The notes below the pieces were generated by a model. The model was not told the origin of the DNA. It worked only from the letters and a program-made list of their open reading frames with translations, and searched no databases. Position numbers and translations under genes: made by a program. From the NCBI GenBank assembly GCA_018304545.1, contig JAGVVZ010000004.1, positions 9,944 to 73,943 on the forward strand: 64,000 nt of DNA. The letters are read 5' to 3'. Position 1 is the first letter of the stretch, and the number at the start of each line of letters is the position of its first letter. Shown piece after piece: positions 37,626-47,818 of this stretch. This stretch comes from Candidatus Aenigmatarchaeota archaeon (GTDB lineage: Archaea > Aenigmatarchaeota > Aenigmatarchaeia > CG10238-14).

Positions 37626-38672
37626 ATGATAAAAATTGATGGTTCGAATAGCGGCGGTCAAGTATTAAGAACGGCCATTGCTCTTTCTGCTCTGACGAAT
37701 TATCCTGTTAAAATAATGAATATCAGGAAAGGAAAGATTGATTCTAAGCCGGGATTGAGACCACAACACATGACTGGAATCGAGGTAATGAAAAAGTTTT
37801 GCGATGCAGAAGTGGAAGGTTTGCATGAATGGTCAACAGAAATACTGTTTAAGCCGTCTAAAATAGATGTAAAATCTCATAGAATTGATATAGGAACTGC
37901 CGGTAGCGTTACTCTTTTACTGCAAACACTTTTACCTGTTTTGATTTTTTCCAAAAAATCCTTATCATTAGAAATAATTGGTGGGACAGATGTCAAGTGG
38001 TCGCCCACAATCCATTATACCAGTTCTGTTTTATTACCATTTTTAAAAAAAATGGGTGTCGATGTGCATATAGAAATTGAAAATTACGGATTCTACCCCC
38101 TTGGAGGAGGCAATATAAAAATAGCAGTAAATCCTATAAAAAAACTCGAGTGTGTTAGTTTAGTTCAAAGAGGAAACGTTCTAGGCATAAACATACAGTC
38201 TATTTGTGGAAACTTGCCAGCGGAAATTGCAGAAAGACAAAATAAAACTGCTATGGAAATACTAGCGAAAAAATATCCTAAAGCCAAATTTTCTCTTGTG
38301 AGCACGTCAACCAAATCAAAAAGTCATGGGAGCAGCATAACCTGTATTGGTGTTTGTGAAAAATCGTTACTGGGTGGAAGTGCTTTAGGTGAAAGAGGCG
38401 TAAGAGCTGAAGACGTGGCAACAAACGCCGCTAACGAGCTTATAGAATCTTTGCAGTCAAATAATGCAGTGGACAAATATATGGCTGACCAGCTTTTAAT
38501 TTTCATGGCATTGGCTAAAGGAAAATCAAAGATAACTGTTGAAAAAATAACCGATCACGTGCTTACGAATATAGATGTTATTGAAAGGTTCTTGCCTGTT
38601 AAATTTGAAGTGGAAGGATCAAAAAATCATGAAGGAATCATTTCTGTGGAAGGCGTATACTTTAATCAATAA
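37626..38672 (+). CDS. rtcA: RNA 3'-terminal phosphate cyclase
   Basis: IDGS..GGQVLRTA, PGLRPQH, GGTDV, GFYPLGGG, ADQL, TDH. Confidence 0.96.
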   Translation: MIKIDGSNSGGQVLRTAIALSALTNYPVKIMNIRKGKIDSKPGLRPQHMTGIEVMKKFCDAEVEGLHEWSTEILFKPSKIDVKSHRIDIGTAGSVTLLLQTLLPVLIFSKKSLSLEIIGGTDVKWSPTIHYTSSVLLPFLKKMGVDVHIEIENYGFYPLGGGNIKIAVNPIKKLECVSLVQRGNVLGINIQSICGNLPAEIAERQNKTAMEILAKKYPKAKFSLVSTSTKSKSHGSSITCIGVCEKSLLGGSALGERGVRAEDVATNAANELIESLQSNNAVDKYMADQLLIFMALAKGKSKITVEKITDHVLTNIDVIERFLPVKFEVEGSKNHEGIISVEGVYFNQ

Positions 38673-38703
38673 TACATAGAAGTTAAATCTCTCAATTTTT
38701 ATC

Positions 38704-38946
38704 TTGCATTTAATGGCAAGATATAGCATATCCTCAAACTATATTAAAAACGCAGATTTGCCTGAAGTTTTGAGCAATTACTTGAGACTATTTGGGTTCA
38801 GAGATATGTCAGATGGTGGATTAGGCGATTTTGTGTTTTCTCATGATGAAAAAAGAAATTATGAAATATGCACTTCTAATAGATTGGTATTACTTTTTCT
38901 CTATGTACCTTGTATTTTAGGAAGAATAAATGTAAGTAGAATATAA
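38704..38946 (+). CDS. orphan hypothetical protein
   Basis: 80-aa ORF. Confidence 0.35.
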   Translation: MHLMARYSISSNYIKNADLPEVLSNYLRLFGFRDMSDGGLGDFVFSHDEKRNYEICTSNRLVLLFLYVPCILGRINVSRI

Positions 38947-38990
38947 AATACATTAATAAAACATTTCTTTTGATAAAACAAAATATATTC

Positions 38991-40301
38991 ATGCAAGAAC
39001 TAGAACCCCTTTTCTACCCACAATCTATCTGTCTGATTGGAAATACGAATATAAATGAAAATATTTCGTCTCCAGAAAATTTTGACAACATAAAGAATAA
39101 TCTTTGTGGATTCGGGGGGAAAACATTCTTTGTGGATTTAAAAAAAGGCCAGTATTTTCCTCAAGCAGATTTGTACGTAGTTCTGTTAAATGAAAGAGAT
39201 CTGCTAGAAAATGTAGATAAGTTTTCCTGCAAATTTTGTGTTATATTGCCAGGCAACTACTCCCAAAAAAGACTGATAATTTCAAGGTTCAAGGAGAGAG
39301 GAATAAGGTTTCTGGGACCAAACAGCGTATGTGGCATAATAAATACGGATAATGGATTGAATTTGACCTTTGAAAAAAATGCATTTCCAAGAAGAGGCAA
39401 CCACTCCATAGTTTCGCAATCTGGAGGTGTTGGAGCAGCTCTATTAGATATTGCAAGCCAAAATTCATCTATAGGTGGAATAGGCAAGTTGATTTGGCTA
39501 GGCAATGCATGGGATATAGGATTTTCTGATATAATTCATTTTTTAAACTCAGATAAGCAAACCCGTTCTATTGGTTTATATATAGAAGGCTTGCAAAATG
39601 GAAAGGATTTTATAAACATTGTGAGAAAAATAAAAAAACCCATAGTTGCTCTGAAAAGTGGTATATATCAGCAATCTGCCAAAAGAGCGCTAACTCATAC
39701 ATCAAGCATTGCAGGTGAATCCAGAATCTATTCGTCTGCTTTCAAACAGTTAGGAGTAAAGGAAGTTAATGATATAGACGAACTCTATTACACATCGTAT
39801 TTTTTGTCTTTGAATAATGACGTGAGAGGCAAAAGAGTAGCTATAATTTCAAATGTCGGCGGCCCTTCTATATTGGCAGCTGACATATTACTGGGTTCCG
39901 AATTGGAATTAGCAGAACTTGAAAATAAAACAGTAGAAAGAATAAAGAAAAAATATCCTATGATCTCTGTTTTGAATCCTTTAGATATTATTGCTGATGC
40001 TGACGGATCCAGATTTGAATATTGCCTAACGAGTGTTATAAATGACAAAAACGTCGATGCTGTTTTATTGATAAATATGCTCAAAAGTTGTACATTAAAA
40101 TTGGAAGACGTTAAGATAATATCAGATTTTATTAGAAAAAGCCAAAAACTGATAATTGATGTTGTTCCTGGAATCGGAGATTGGAAAAAGGTCAGAAGCA
40201 TGATGAAGGAGAATGATATATACGTATTTAACAATCTTCACCAAGCCGTAAAAATCATCAAATCTATGTACGATTATTATATTTACAAAAATCGAAAATA
40301 A
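38991..40301 (+). CDS. acdA: ADP-forming acyl-CoA synthetase alpha subunit
   Basis: GPNS, SQSGG, LYIEG, THTSS (phospho-His), NVGGP, NPLD. Confidence 0.88.
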   Translation: MQELEPLFYPQSICLIGNTNINENISSPENFDNIKNNLCGFGGKTFFVDLKKGQYFPQADLYVVLLNERDLLENVDKFSCKFCVILPGNYSQKRLIISRFKERGIRFLGPNSVCGIINTDNGLNLTFEKNAFPRRGNHSIVSQSGGVGAALLDIASQNSSIGGIGKLIWLGNAWDIGFSDIIHFLNSDKQTRSIGLYIEGLQNGKDFINIVRKIKKPIVALKSGIYQQSAKRALTHTSSIAGESRIYSSAFKQLGVKEVNDIDELYYTSYFLSLNNDVRGKRVAIISNVGGPSILAADILLGSELELAELENKTVERIKKKYPMISVLNPLDIIADADGSRFEYCLTSVINDKNVDAVLLINMLKSCTLKLEDVKIISDFIRKSQKLIIDVVPGIGDWKKVRSMMKENDIYVFNNLHQAVKIIKSMYDYYIYKNRK

Positions 40302-40314
40302 CATTTGTGAGACA

Positions 40315-41253
40315 ATGAAGAAAGACTTTCTGACATTGGATGATATAAAAAGATCGAAGATGCTAGAGATATTTGAATTAGCAAGTAAACTAAAAAAGAA
40401 ACCCTTTAGCAAAGTTCTTGCAAATAAGTCCTTTGTTCTCCTATTTTTCAAACACTCAACACGTACCCGTCTTTCTTTTGAAATCGGAATTGAACAATTA
40501 GGAGGAAATAGTTTCTATGTTGACGGCGAAAAAACACAGATGTTCAGAAGCGAAACACCTGAAGATACAGCAAATTCTATAGAAAGATATGTTGATTGTT
40601 TAATTGTTAGACTTTATTCGCATATAACACTTCAAAGAATATCCTCTAATCTAGATAAACCTGTGATCAACGCTCTCAGTGACTTGTCTCATCCCTGCCA
40701 GATTTTATCTGATTTATTTACCATAAGAGAAGTCTTTAAAGATCTGAAAGGATTGAAATTAGCGTATATTGGAGATGGTAATAACGTCTGCAACTCCCTT
40801 CTTCTGGGATGCTCAAAGATGGGCATGGATATAACCGTGGCTTGCCCTCAAGGCTACGAACCTAACGAAGAGATGATTAAAATTGCTAAAGGCTACTCTC
40901 AGATCACGAAATCAAAAATCGAAATTGTAATAGACCCTGAAAAAGCTGTTAAAAATGCGAATGTGGTATATACAGATGCGTTTTATAGCATGGGACAGGA
41001 AGAAGAAAAGGAGAAGAGAATGAAAGTGTTCCTCCCAAAATATCAGGTTAATTTGGAATTAATGGAGAAGGCAGAACCTGGAGCAATATTCATGCATTGT
41101 CTACCAGCGCATAGAGAGAATGAAGTGACGAGCGAGTTGCTAGACAGCAATCGCTCAGTGGTGTTTGACCAGGCCGAAAACCGTCTGCATGTACAAAAGG
41201 CGTTACTAATTAAGATTTTAGGATTAGATAAGGTATATCCTATTTTAAGCTAA
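40315..41253 (+). CDS. argF: ornithine carbamoyltransferase
   Basis: STRTR, HPCQ, GDGNNV, SMG, HCLP, QAENR. Confidence 0.96.
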   Translation: MKKDFLTLDDIKRSKMLEIFELASKLKKKPFSKVLANKSFVLLFFKHSTRTRLSFEIGIEQLGGNSFYVDGEKTQMFRSETPEDTANSIERYVDCLIVRLYSHITLQRISSNLDKPVINALSDLSHPCQILSDLFTIREVFKDLKGLKLAYIGDGNNVCNSLLLGCSKMGMDITVACPQGYEPNEEMIKIAKGYSQITKSKIEIVIDPEKAVKNANVVYTDAFYSMGQEEEKEKRMKVFLPKYQVNLELMEKAEPGAIFMHCLPAHRENEVTSELLDSNRSVVFDQAENRLHVQKALLIKILGLDKVYPILS

Positions 41254-41256
41254 GAT

Positions 41257-42066
41257 TTACTGCTTATATCTCCTTTGGTATATATCTTTCTCAATTGCAA
41301 CATATTTTTCTAAAAACGCTCTACTTATTACTTCTAAGTCTCTTGGTAATGCTTCCCAGTTTGGAAGATCTTCAACTCCTATTCTTAATAGATGTGACTT
41401 TACAAGACCATCCAATTGATCTTTTATTTTACCGCCTATAAGAGGAGTCTTGATCTTACCTGCTAAAAATTGTGTTAAAGATAAAATCAATCGAAATTCT
41501 TGTTGCAATAAGTCGTTAAATCCATTGATATCAGCTTTATATGCAGATTCGGATAACGGCCTAATACTATAGAATCCTTGACCTACAAGACCGCTTTCGT
41601 CAATAGCGGACGAAGATAATGAAAGAAGAGCTTTTGTTTCTCTTTCACCTCTATCTATTAATCCGTTCTTTACCCTGGTGGCCGCTCTAGCTGCTTCATA
41701 AATTTTATCATAGGGCGGATTCATCAATGCAAGTCCCGCAGAAACTCTTACATCAGCAGCTTTCGCTTCTTCTATTGCTCTTCTAATCATTAATTCATAA
41801 TCATGTCGTTTGAACTCTTGTATATCGATACTAGCTTCTCCCAATTTTACGGGATCAAAAGCATCCACATATCTGCTAGCTGCATCCAATGCCCATTTGT
41901 TTGCTATTTGGTCACCATAAGTTTGCTGTACATAAGAAAAGGCTTTTTTAAGATGAGCTGCATATCTAGAAATTAGAACTGCTAATAATTTATCTTGATC
42001 CATCCTCTTTTTATTAAACTTCAAGTTTAAATTTTTGTAGCGAACAGTATTCTCATGAATGGCCAC
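41257..42066 (-). CDS. hypothetical protein
   Basis: 269-aa helical ORF; no family recognised. Confidence 0.65.
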   Translation of the reverse strand: MAIHENTVRYKNLNLKFNKKRMDQDKLLAVLISRYAAHLKKAFSYVQQTYGDQIANKWALDAASRYVDAFDPVKLGEASIDIQEFKRHDYELMIRRAIEEAKAADVRVSAGLALMNPPYDKIYEAARAATRVKNGLIDRGERETKALLSLSSSAIDESGLVGQGFYSIRPLSESAYKADINGFNDLLQQEFRLILSLTQFLAGKIKTPLIGGKIKDQLDGLVKSHLLRIGVEDLPNWEALPRDLEVISRAFLEKYVAIEKDIYQRRYKQ

Positions 42067-42330
42067 ATATATGGAGATGGATCACCTCCTACTATCTGGT
42101 ACATAAACTATGTAGGAAGACCACTATACAGATTAGGAAGAAAGTTAAATATTCCAAAAATAGGCTCATTGGCAATGGCTTGCGCTCCAGGTGCCTTTAT
42201 TCACACTGTTCCTTTTTTATTTTACGGGAACGTAGTTGTAGACTTTTTTGTATTCGCTATTAGCGAACTTATTATAACCGGATTAATTTATTCAAATCAT
42301 AGGACGTATGAAACACGTTTAAGTCAATAA
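42055..42330 (+). CDS. small membrane hypothetical protein
   Basis: 91 aa, two hydrophobic segments; 5' end overlaps divergent ORF. Confidence 0.4.
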   Translation: MNGHIYGDGSPPTIWYINYVGRPLYRLGRKLNIPKIGSLAMACAPGAFIHTVPFLFYGNVVVDFFVFAISELIITGLIYSNHRTYETRLSQ

Positions 42331-42340
42331 AAATAAGTTT

Positions 42341-42718
42341 TTAAGCCATTCCTACAATCAAAACTATACCTAAGAGGCAACGAGCTATACGAGGAACATC
42401 TTCCTTCCAGCTCTTGGTAACAGTCAATTCAAATCTGTGTCTGTAAATAGAATAAAGACCATCTATAGCCAGGAACAATCCCACGAACGCTCCGCTTATT
42501 AGTTTTATAACGAAGGCCAGTCCTATAAACAGTTTCATGAATCTCATCATATGATCTGGAAACTCGTCTGCTATATAACTATCCCAAAAGACAGATGCCC
42601 AAGAAGCAGGTGACTTTAATGCATTAATTATGCATTTTTGGATCCACCCCCTTGCTCCTGCAAAGAGATGTTTTATTTTTTTGAGGACCGGCATTTTCCT
42701 CTCTGGCTTCAGTGCCAT
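42341..42718 (-). CDS. membrane hypothetical protein
   Basis: 125 aa with TMs. Confidence 0.6.
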   Translation of the reverse strand: MALKPERKMPVLKKIKHLFAGARGWIQKCIINALKSPASWASVFWDSYIADEFPDHMMRFMKLFIGLAFVIKLISGAFVGLFLAIDGLYSIYRHRFELTVTKSWKEDVPRIARCLLGIVLIVGMA

Positions 42719-42920
42719 AATACAGAATTCTATATTTTCTGAGTTCTTAAACCTATCTTTTTAGGCACCAAACTAGGAACAAAAGAAGACTTTATATTAC
42801 TTTAAATCATGTTTACAGTGTTTATTTGATCTTTCTTAATTAAAAAACAATATTAAAACTTGTTTTCACTATAAAATAGTTAAATAATTCAACTAAGCAT
42901 AAAAAACGGTATTTAATGAC

Positions 42921-44150
42921 TTAATTAATCTTTTTTATGGCACTCTCTAAAATTCGTATGCCCATGTCCACTTCTTCTTCATTTATAATAAGTGGCGGCA
43001 CTATTCTGATACTTTTAGATCCGCAACCTAGGAGCAGCAACCCGTTCCTAAATGCTCTTTCCTCAACCTTGTCTCTTATCTCAGTTGATTGGAGATCGAT
43101 AGCAAGCATTAATCCCAGTCCTCTTGCGTTAAACACTTTGTCTGGATAAACATTCTCCAACTCCTTTAATCTTGATAAAATGTACTTGCCTGTTTTACTG
43201 GCCTTTGAAATGAGTTTCTCTTTCTCAATCACTTCAATCATTTTCAATCCAACAGCTAGATCTATTCTATCCCCTCCTCCCCAAGTGCTGGATACCGCGC
43301 CTGCCTCATTAGGATCGTATTCTTTGGAGGATATAGTAGCACCTATCTGGAGCGACTTGGCTGAGCCTATTATATCCGGTTTGATATTGTAGTTCTCAAA
43401 GGCCCACCACTTCCCTGTTCTTCCTATGCCCGACTGCACCTCGTCTATGATTAACGGTACGTCATACTCTCTCGTCGTTTCTCTTAGGTTCCTTATGAAT
43501 TTTTGGCTGGCTATATTATAACCGCCTTCCCCTTGAACTATTTCTGTCATTACAAATGCTACTTTTCTTTTAGCCAGTAAATCTTTGATGTCATCTATTT
43601 TCGGGTCGGAATCACTAGTACAAAAATTTATCCTAATATGAGGTAGCTCGGGATAATTTTTCTTCTGTACAGGTTTGCTGAAAGTGTAGGTTAAAGCTCC
43701 AAGAGTCCTGCCATGAAAAGCACCGGTACAAGAAATTCCTGACAAAGGGCCTTTCTTCCTATAAGCAAATTTTATTGAGTTTTCCATCGCTTCTGCGCCC
43801 GAGTTGCTAAGAAAAACTTTTGTTAGGTTTGAGGGTGTTATTTTGATCAGTTTTTCAGCCATTTTCATTTGTTCTTCAGAATAGAAGTCTTGACCAGCAA
43901 TTTTATGAGCACTGGAAGAACAATATTCTTTCAATACTTTTGCAATTTCCGGGTGATTATATCCAATATTAGCACTGCAGACATTAGAGTTGAAATCCAA
44001 ATACCAGTTATTGTCAACGTCCTGAATAAAAACGCTCTTTCCGCTCTTTATAACTAGTGGATAGGTGAACGTGCCCTTGACAACGTATCTATTGGTTTTA
44101 TCAACTATTTTTTTAGACTTAGAAGTCAGTTTTATTGGTTTTATTTGCAT
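42921..44150 (-). CDS. class III PLP aminotransferase (ornithine/GABA/lysine type)
   Basis: NSGAEA, AFHGRT, QGEGG, DEVQSGIGRTG, SAKS, STWGG. Confidence 0.93.
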   Translation of the reverse strand: MQIKPIKLTSKSKKIVDKTNRYVVKGTFTYPLVIKSGKSVFIQDVDNNWYLDFNSNVCSANIGYNHPEIAKVLKEYCSSSAHKIAGQDFYSEEQMKMAEKLIKITPSNLTKVFLSNSGAEAMENSIKFAYRKKGPLSGISCTGAFHGRTLGALTYTFSKPVQKKNYPELPHIRINFCTSDSDPKIDDIKDLLAKRKVAFVMTEIVQGEGGYNIASQKFIRNLRETTREYDVPLIIDEVQSGIGRTGKWWAFENYNIKPDIIGSAKSLQIGATISSKEYDPNEAGAVSSTWGGGDRIDLAVGLKMIEVIEKEKLISKASKTGKYILSRLKELENVYPDKVFNARGLGLMLAIDLQSTEIRDKVEERAFRNGLLLLGCGSKSIRIVPPLIINEEEVDMGIRILESAIKKIN

Positions 44151-44237
44151 ATAATAATAAAGGATTTTGTAATTGAAAAGATTGATATCACTACCATCCG
44201 ATAGAAATATTTATATATTCAAAATAGCTACTATACA

Positions 44238-45065
44238 GTGACTAAAATGATTACACGAGCAGATTTAACAATGGGACTAAGTGAAGTTCTGGAAGCTTCT
44301 CATCCAACAGCGAGTTATTTTTTAAGAAGAACTGTACCAGAATCACAACAAACTACATACGACGCGTGGAGAAATTATAGAGAGACTCGTGCAACTGTTG
44401 ATAAATATTTAGATTATGGTAAATTTGATAAAGATGGTCTTCCTCAAATAATTGGAATTGCGTTTGATGATAAATATGATCTTCCACAACAACCAGTTAT
44501 TCTAGATTTAACAAGTGTCGGTGGAAGGTTAGACAGAATTGGGAAATCTAACAGATTTGTTGAAGAAGATAGAAAAAGAGATATTAGAAGTGGTTATGGG
44601 AATATGAAGGAAGGCGGATTCGATGTCTATGACTTATACAAAAAGGTTTTGAGCACCTTCGTAATACGTCATTCAGGAGATTTATATTCGATGATTGTGG
44701 ATGGACCAGATATTGGAAGAGAACCCTCATCTGCAGCAGAATTTATTCGTTATTCAATGCCAAGTAGAATCGACGCTCTTTTAGGATTTACTAGCAGAGT
44801 TTTTGCATATCTAGATACGCGTGAATCCATTGTGTTGAGTAATATTCGAAGATCAGCTATCCAAAATGTAAGTAATGCCTGTTATAAAAAAGTAGAGGCG
44901 ATGGTTAATGACCCGCTTGCTACCGAACAATTACCAACTGCTCTGGATTTGATAAATGCTGCATTAGATTTGGCAAATACACATAAAGTTGAATTAAGAA
45001 ACAGAGAAAGTTTTGAGGAACTAAGAGCAAAGGTAGAAACAGAGAAACGACGCTTATTGGGGTAA
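44238..45065 (+). CDS. orphan hypothetical protein
   Basis: 275-aa ORF, TTTATATA box upstream. Confidence 0.65.
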   Translation: MTKMITRADLTMGLSEVLEASHPTASYFLRRTVPESQQTTYDAWRNYRETRATVDKYLDYGKFDKDGLPQIIGIAFDDKYDLPQQPVILDLTSVGGRLDRIGKSNRFVEEDRKRDIRSGYGNMKEGGFDVYDLYKKVLSTFVIRHSGDLYSMIVDGPDIGREPSSAAEFIRYSMPSRIDALLGFTSRVFAYLDTRESIVLSNIRRSAIQNVSNACYKKVEAMVNDPLATEQLPTALDLINAALDLANTHKVELRNRESFEELRAKVETEKRRLLG

Positions 45066-45073
45066 ACTGCTTT

Positions 45074-45556
45074 TTAATCTTGAATTTTAATGATTCTATC
45101 CAGTATCAAATGCGAGCTATAACAAACGAACAATATAATAAAAGTCATAAAAGAGGTCAAAATATCTGTTCTAAGAAAGAAGTAAGTAATAAAAAACAAA
45201 ATAAGAGAGAGGATAAAGGAAAAGTTTAGAGTATGAGTAAAGCCTCTATGATGCGTCGGGAAGAATCTTATTACGCAGTAAGAAACAGTAAAAAATAATG
45301 CTACGCTGTACCATTCACTTAGATTGAAATTTATTAAATATAGGATCGTCATCATCACAGCTAAAATTAATGCCAACCAGTTCCTTACCCTGCTTTTGTT
45401 CGTGTCAATATCAGGAAAAACCGATACTATCACCGCAAATAATGAAATCACAACAACATAAAAGATGCCAGTCTCTGGTCTTAAAAGGAACAACAACTTC
45501 AGCCAGAAAAGAAAGATGATAAGATTAATGAATATGTGCGTTTTCCAAGATGGCAT
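45074..45556 (-). CDS. membrane metal-dependent hydrolase (YdjM-like)
   Basis: THI, PDID, HRGFTH, SHLILD. Confidence 0.85.
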   Translation of the reverse strand: MPSWKTHIFINLIIFLFWLKLLFLLRPETGIFYVVVISLFAVIVSVFPDIDTNKSRVRNWLALILAVMMTILYLINFNLSEWYSVALFFTVSYCVIRFFPTHHRGFTHTLNFSFILSLILFFITYFFLRTDILTSFMTFIILFVCYSSHLILDRIIKIQD

Positions 45557-45560
45557 CAGT

Positions 45561-46253
45561 TCACTCTATAATTATTCTTGCATCCGTTGCTATCGCTCCT
45601 TGACTCATTGCGAAGACGGGATTGATATCTAATTCCCTGATCTCCGGATTTTCTTGGAGCATTTTAGAAGTTTTCATTATTATATCAACTAGCGCAGGTA
45701 TATCAGCAGGCTTCTTGCCTCTATATCCTTTCAATATCTTAACTGCCTTCACTTCCTCAATCATATCCTCTGCATCGTTTTTTGAGATCGGCACTATCCT
45801 GAAGCTTATATCGTCATACACTTCAACAAATATGCCGCCAAAACCAAACGCCAAAACTTGACCGAACGTCTGATCGTACTTGCCACCTACTATTACTTCA
45901 TATCCACCACTAAGCATCTGCTGAACTAGAATCCCGTCTAATACAGCATCCGGTCTTTTTGATTTGACATTTCTAAGAAGCTGATGATAGGCCAGTCTCA
46001 ACTCTTTGTCATTTCTTACGTTTAATATCACGCCGCCTGCTTCTGTTTTATGTATTATCTGAGGGGAAATGGCTTTCAAAACCAGTGGATAGCCGATCCT
46101 TTCGCCAAACCTTAAGGCATCTTCAAAACTTCTGACAAGCTCTGCCTTGGCAACAGGTATTCCATAATGGATAAGGACTTCTCTTGCCTCTGCCTCAGTG
46201 AGATTGTTTCTATTTTGCAATTTCAGTTTTGCAAAAATTTCCTTTGGTTTCAT
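45561..46253 (-). CDS. acdB: ADP-forming acyl-CoA synthetase beta subunit (ATP-grasp)
   Basis: GYPLVLK, HKTEAGGV, FGFGGIFVE, ELDINP, DARI. Confidence 0.93.
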   Translation of the reverse strand: MKPKEIFAKLKLQNRNNLTEAEAREVLIHYGIPVAKAELVRSFEDALRFGERIGYPLVLKAISPQIIHKTEAGGVILNVRNDKELRLAYHQLLRNVKSKRPDAVLDGILVQQMLSGGYEVIVGGKYDQTFGQVLAFGFGGIFVEVYDDISFRIVPISKNDAEDMIEEVKAVKILKGYRGKKPADIPALVDIIMKTSKMLQENPEIRELDINPVFAMSQGAIATDARIIIE

Positions 46254-46289
46254 ATATTAATTAATATACTTCTACAATAAATTAATTTT

Positions 46290-46883
46290 ATGTTTGAGAG
46301 CATAGTTGCCAGCTTGGAAACTTTCTCATTAGCATTTGGTCCTCTAGGAATTTTCATTGGAATGGCTTTAGAATCCAGTATCATACCTGTTCCTGCTGAA
46401 GCTGTTTTAGCAGCAGCCACTCTACTAGGATATACACCTTTAGAAGTGGCTATATGGGGCGGCTTAGGTGCGACATTTGGCGGAGTAATAGGATATTATA
46501 TAGGCAGTTTGGGCGGGAGACCTATACTCAACAAATACGGCAAATATATCTTTATAACAGAAGAAAAATTGAACGGGCTCGATAGTCTTTTCAAGAAACG
46601 CGGCAACTTTGTCGTTCTGGCAGGAAGGTTAATACCATTTATTCCATTCAAAATATTTTCAATAACAGCCGGGATAGCAAAAATGGATATTAAAGGATTT
46701 ACTCTGTTCACCCTAATAGGATCTATACCCAGAGCATTCATGCTTTCTTATCTCGGATACAAGCTTCTAGAGATAGGCAATGTGCCATTGATGATCTTAT
46801 CCATGTTCTTGCTGTTGATAATTCCTTTTGCTGTTGAAGGATGGATAACACGAAAAGGAAAAAAAGACAAAAACAACAAATAG
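46290..46883 (+). CDS. DedA family membrane protein
   Basis: LESSIIPVPAE, YYIG..GGRP, GRLIP. Confidence 0.92.
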   Translation: MFESIVASLETFSLAFGPLGIFIGMALESSIIPVPAEAVLAAATLLGYTPLEVAIWGGLGATFGGVIGYYIGSLGGRPILNKYGKYIFITEEKLNGLDSLFKKRGNFVVLAGRLIPFIPFKIFSITAGIAKMDIKGFTLFTLIGSIPRAFMLSYLGYKLLEIGNVPLMILSMFLLLIIPFAVEGWITRKGKKDKNNK

Positions 46884-46968
46884 CCCCGCCCAGATTCGAA
46901 CTGGGGTCTAGAGCTCCAGAGGCTCTTATGCTTGACCATTCTGCGTTTGCACTCTACACCACGGGGCT
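46881..46968 (-). tRNA. tRNA-Gln(CTG) with 15-nt D-loop intron (46939-46953)
   Basis: AGCCCCG/CGGGGCT acceptor, AGAGC-CTCTGGA-GCTCT, T-arm CCCAG-TTCGAAT-CTGGG; extra AGTGCAAACGCAGAA after position 15. Confidence 0.9.
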
Positions 46969-47008
46969 ATGACTAGAATTGGGATTTTGAAAATTAAAAT
47001 GATGTGAT

Positions 47009-47218
47009 TTATTTAGCTTCCTTAATGCCTTTCTGCGTAATAGCAAAAGTAGTATGCGAGCCATATAAAGGTGTTATAAGTTCGTTTTCAACTAACGAAC
47101 TAATGGCATTATCTATATTTCCATTATCTTTAGCTACTTCAATCAACTCTGATCTATTAGCCACTAAAGATTCGCTTAATTTCTTCAATATCTTTTTTTC
47201 AGTATTCCCGTTTTTCAT
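47009..47218 (-). CDS. small wHTH-like protein
   Basis: EKKILKKL...AISSLVENELI...AITQKG. Confidence 0.6.
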   Translation of the reverse strand: MKNGNTEKKILKKLSESLVANRSELIEVAKDNGNIDNAISSLVENELITPLYGSHTTFAITQKGIKEAK

Positions 47219-47747
47219 GTATAGCTAACTCCTTCTTTAACCTTAATACTTCATTATCACCCTTAAGCTTTTTAACTATTGCTAATGCAAACTCCAAGGC
47301 AGTTCCAGGTCCTTGTGAAGTTATGAGGTTGTCCACTATCACTACGGGTTGGTCTCGAGGATAATCTAAAAGCTTCTCCATGCCAGGAGTTATTGTAGCC
47401 TTTTTACCTTCCAGTAAACCCAAGTTAGCTAATATAGAAACAGACTCGCCTATCGCCGCAATATTTCTTCCGGCTTGGGAGAATCGTTTGATAATCTCAT
47501 TTATAGTGGCGGTTTTAGATAAAATATTATATCCGGGGCCGCCCGGCAAGACTATAGTTGTATATTCAGAAGGATTTATTTGTGGGAGTCTTTTATCAAC
47601 ATGAATCTTAATCCCGCTCTTACTTGTAATCATCGAGCCTATGACACCAACTGCATCCACGGGAACATTTGATCTCTTTAAAACATTAATAATCGTGAAT
47701 GCTTCGATTTCGTCAAAACCGTCTGCCAACATAAGTAAAGTTTTCAT
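47199..47747 (-). CDS. DJ-1/PfpI (ThiJ) family protein lacking the catalytic Cys
   Basis: GFDEIE, LPGG, AAIGES (normally AAIC), ITSQGPGTA. Confidence 0.88.
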   Translation of the reverse strand: MKTLLMLADGFDEIEAFTIINVLKRSNVPVDAVGVIGSMITSKSGIKIHVDKRLPQINPSEYTTIVLPGGPGYNILSKTATINEIIKRFSQAGRNIAAIGESVSILANLGLLEGKKATITPGMEKLLDYPRDQPVVIVDNLITSQGPGTALEFALAIVKKLKGDNEVLRLKKELAIHEKREY

Positions 47748-47818
47748 GTAATCACCTAATTAATATAATCTTAAGAAAAAGATATATACAATTATTGCAA
47801 GCTATTAATAGTGATTTA

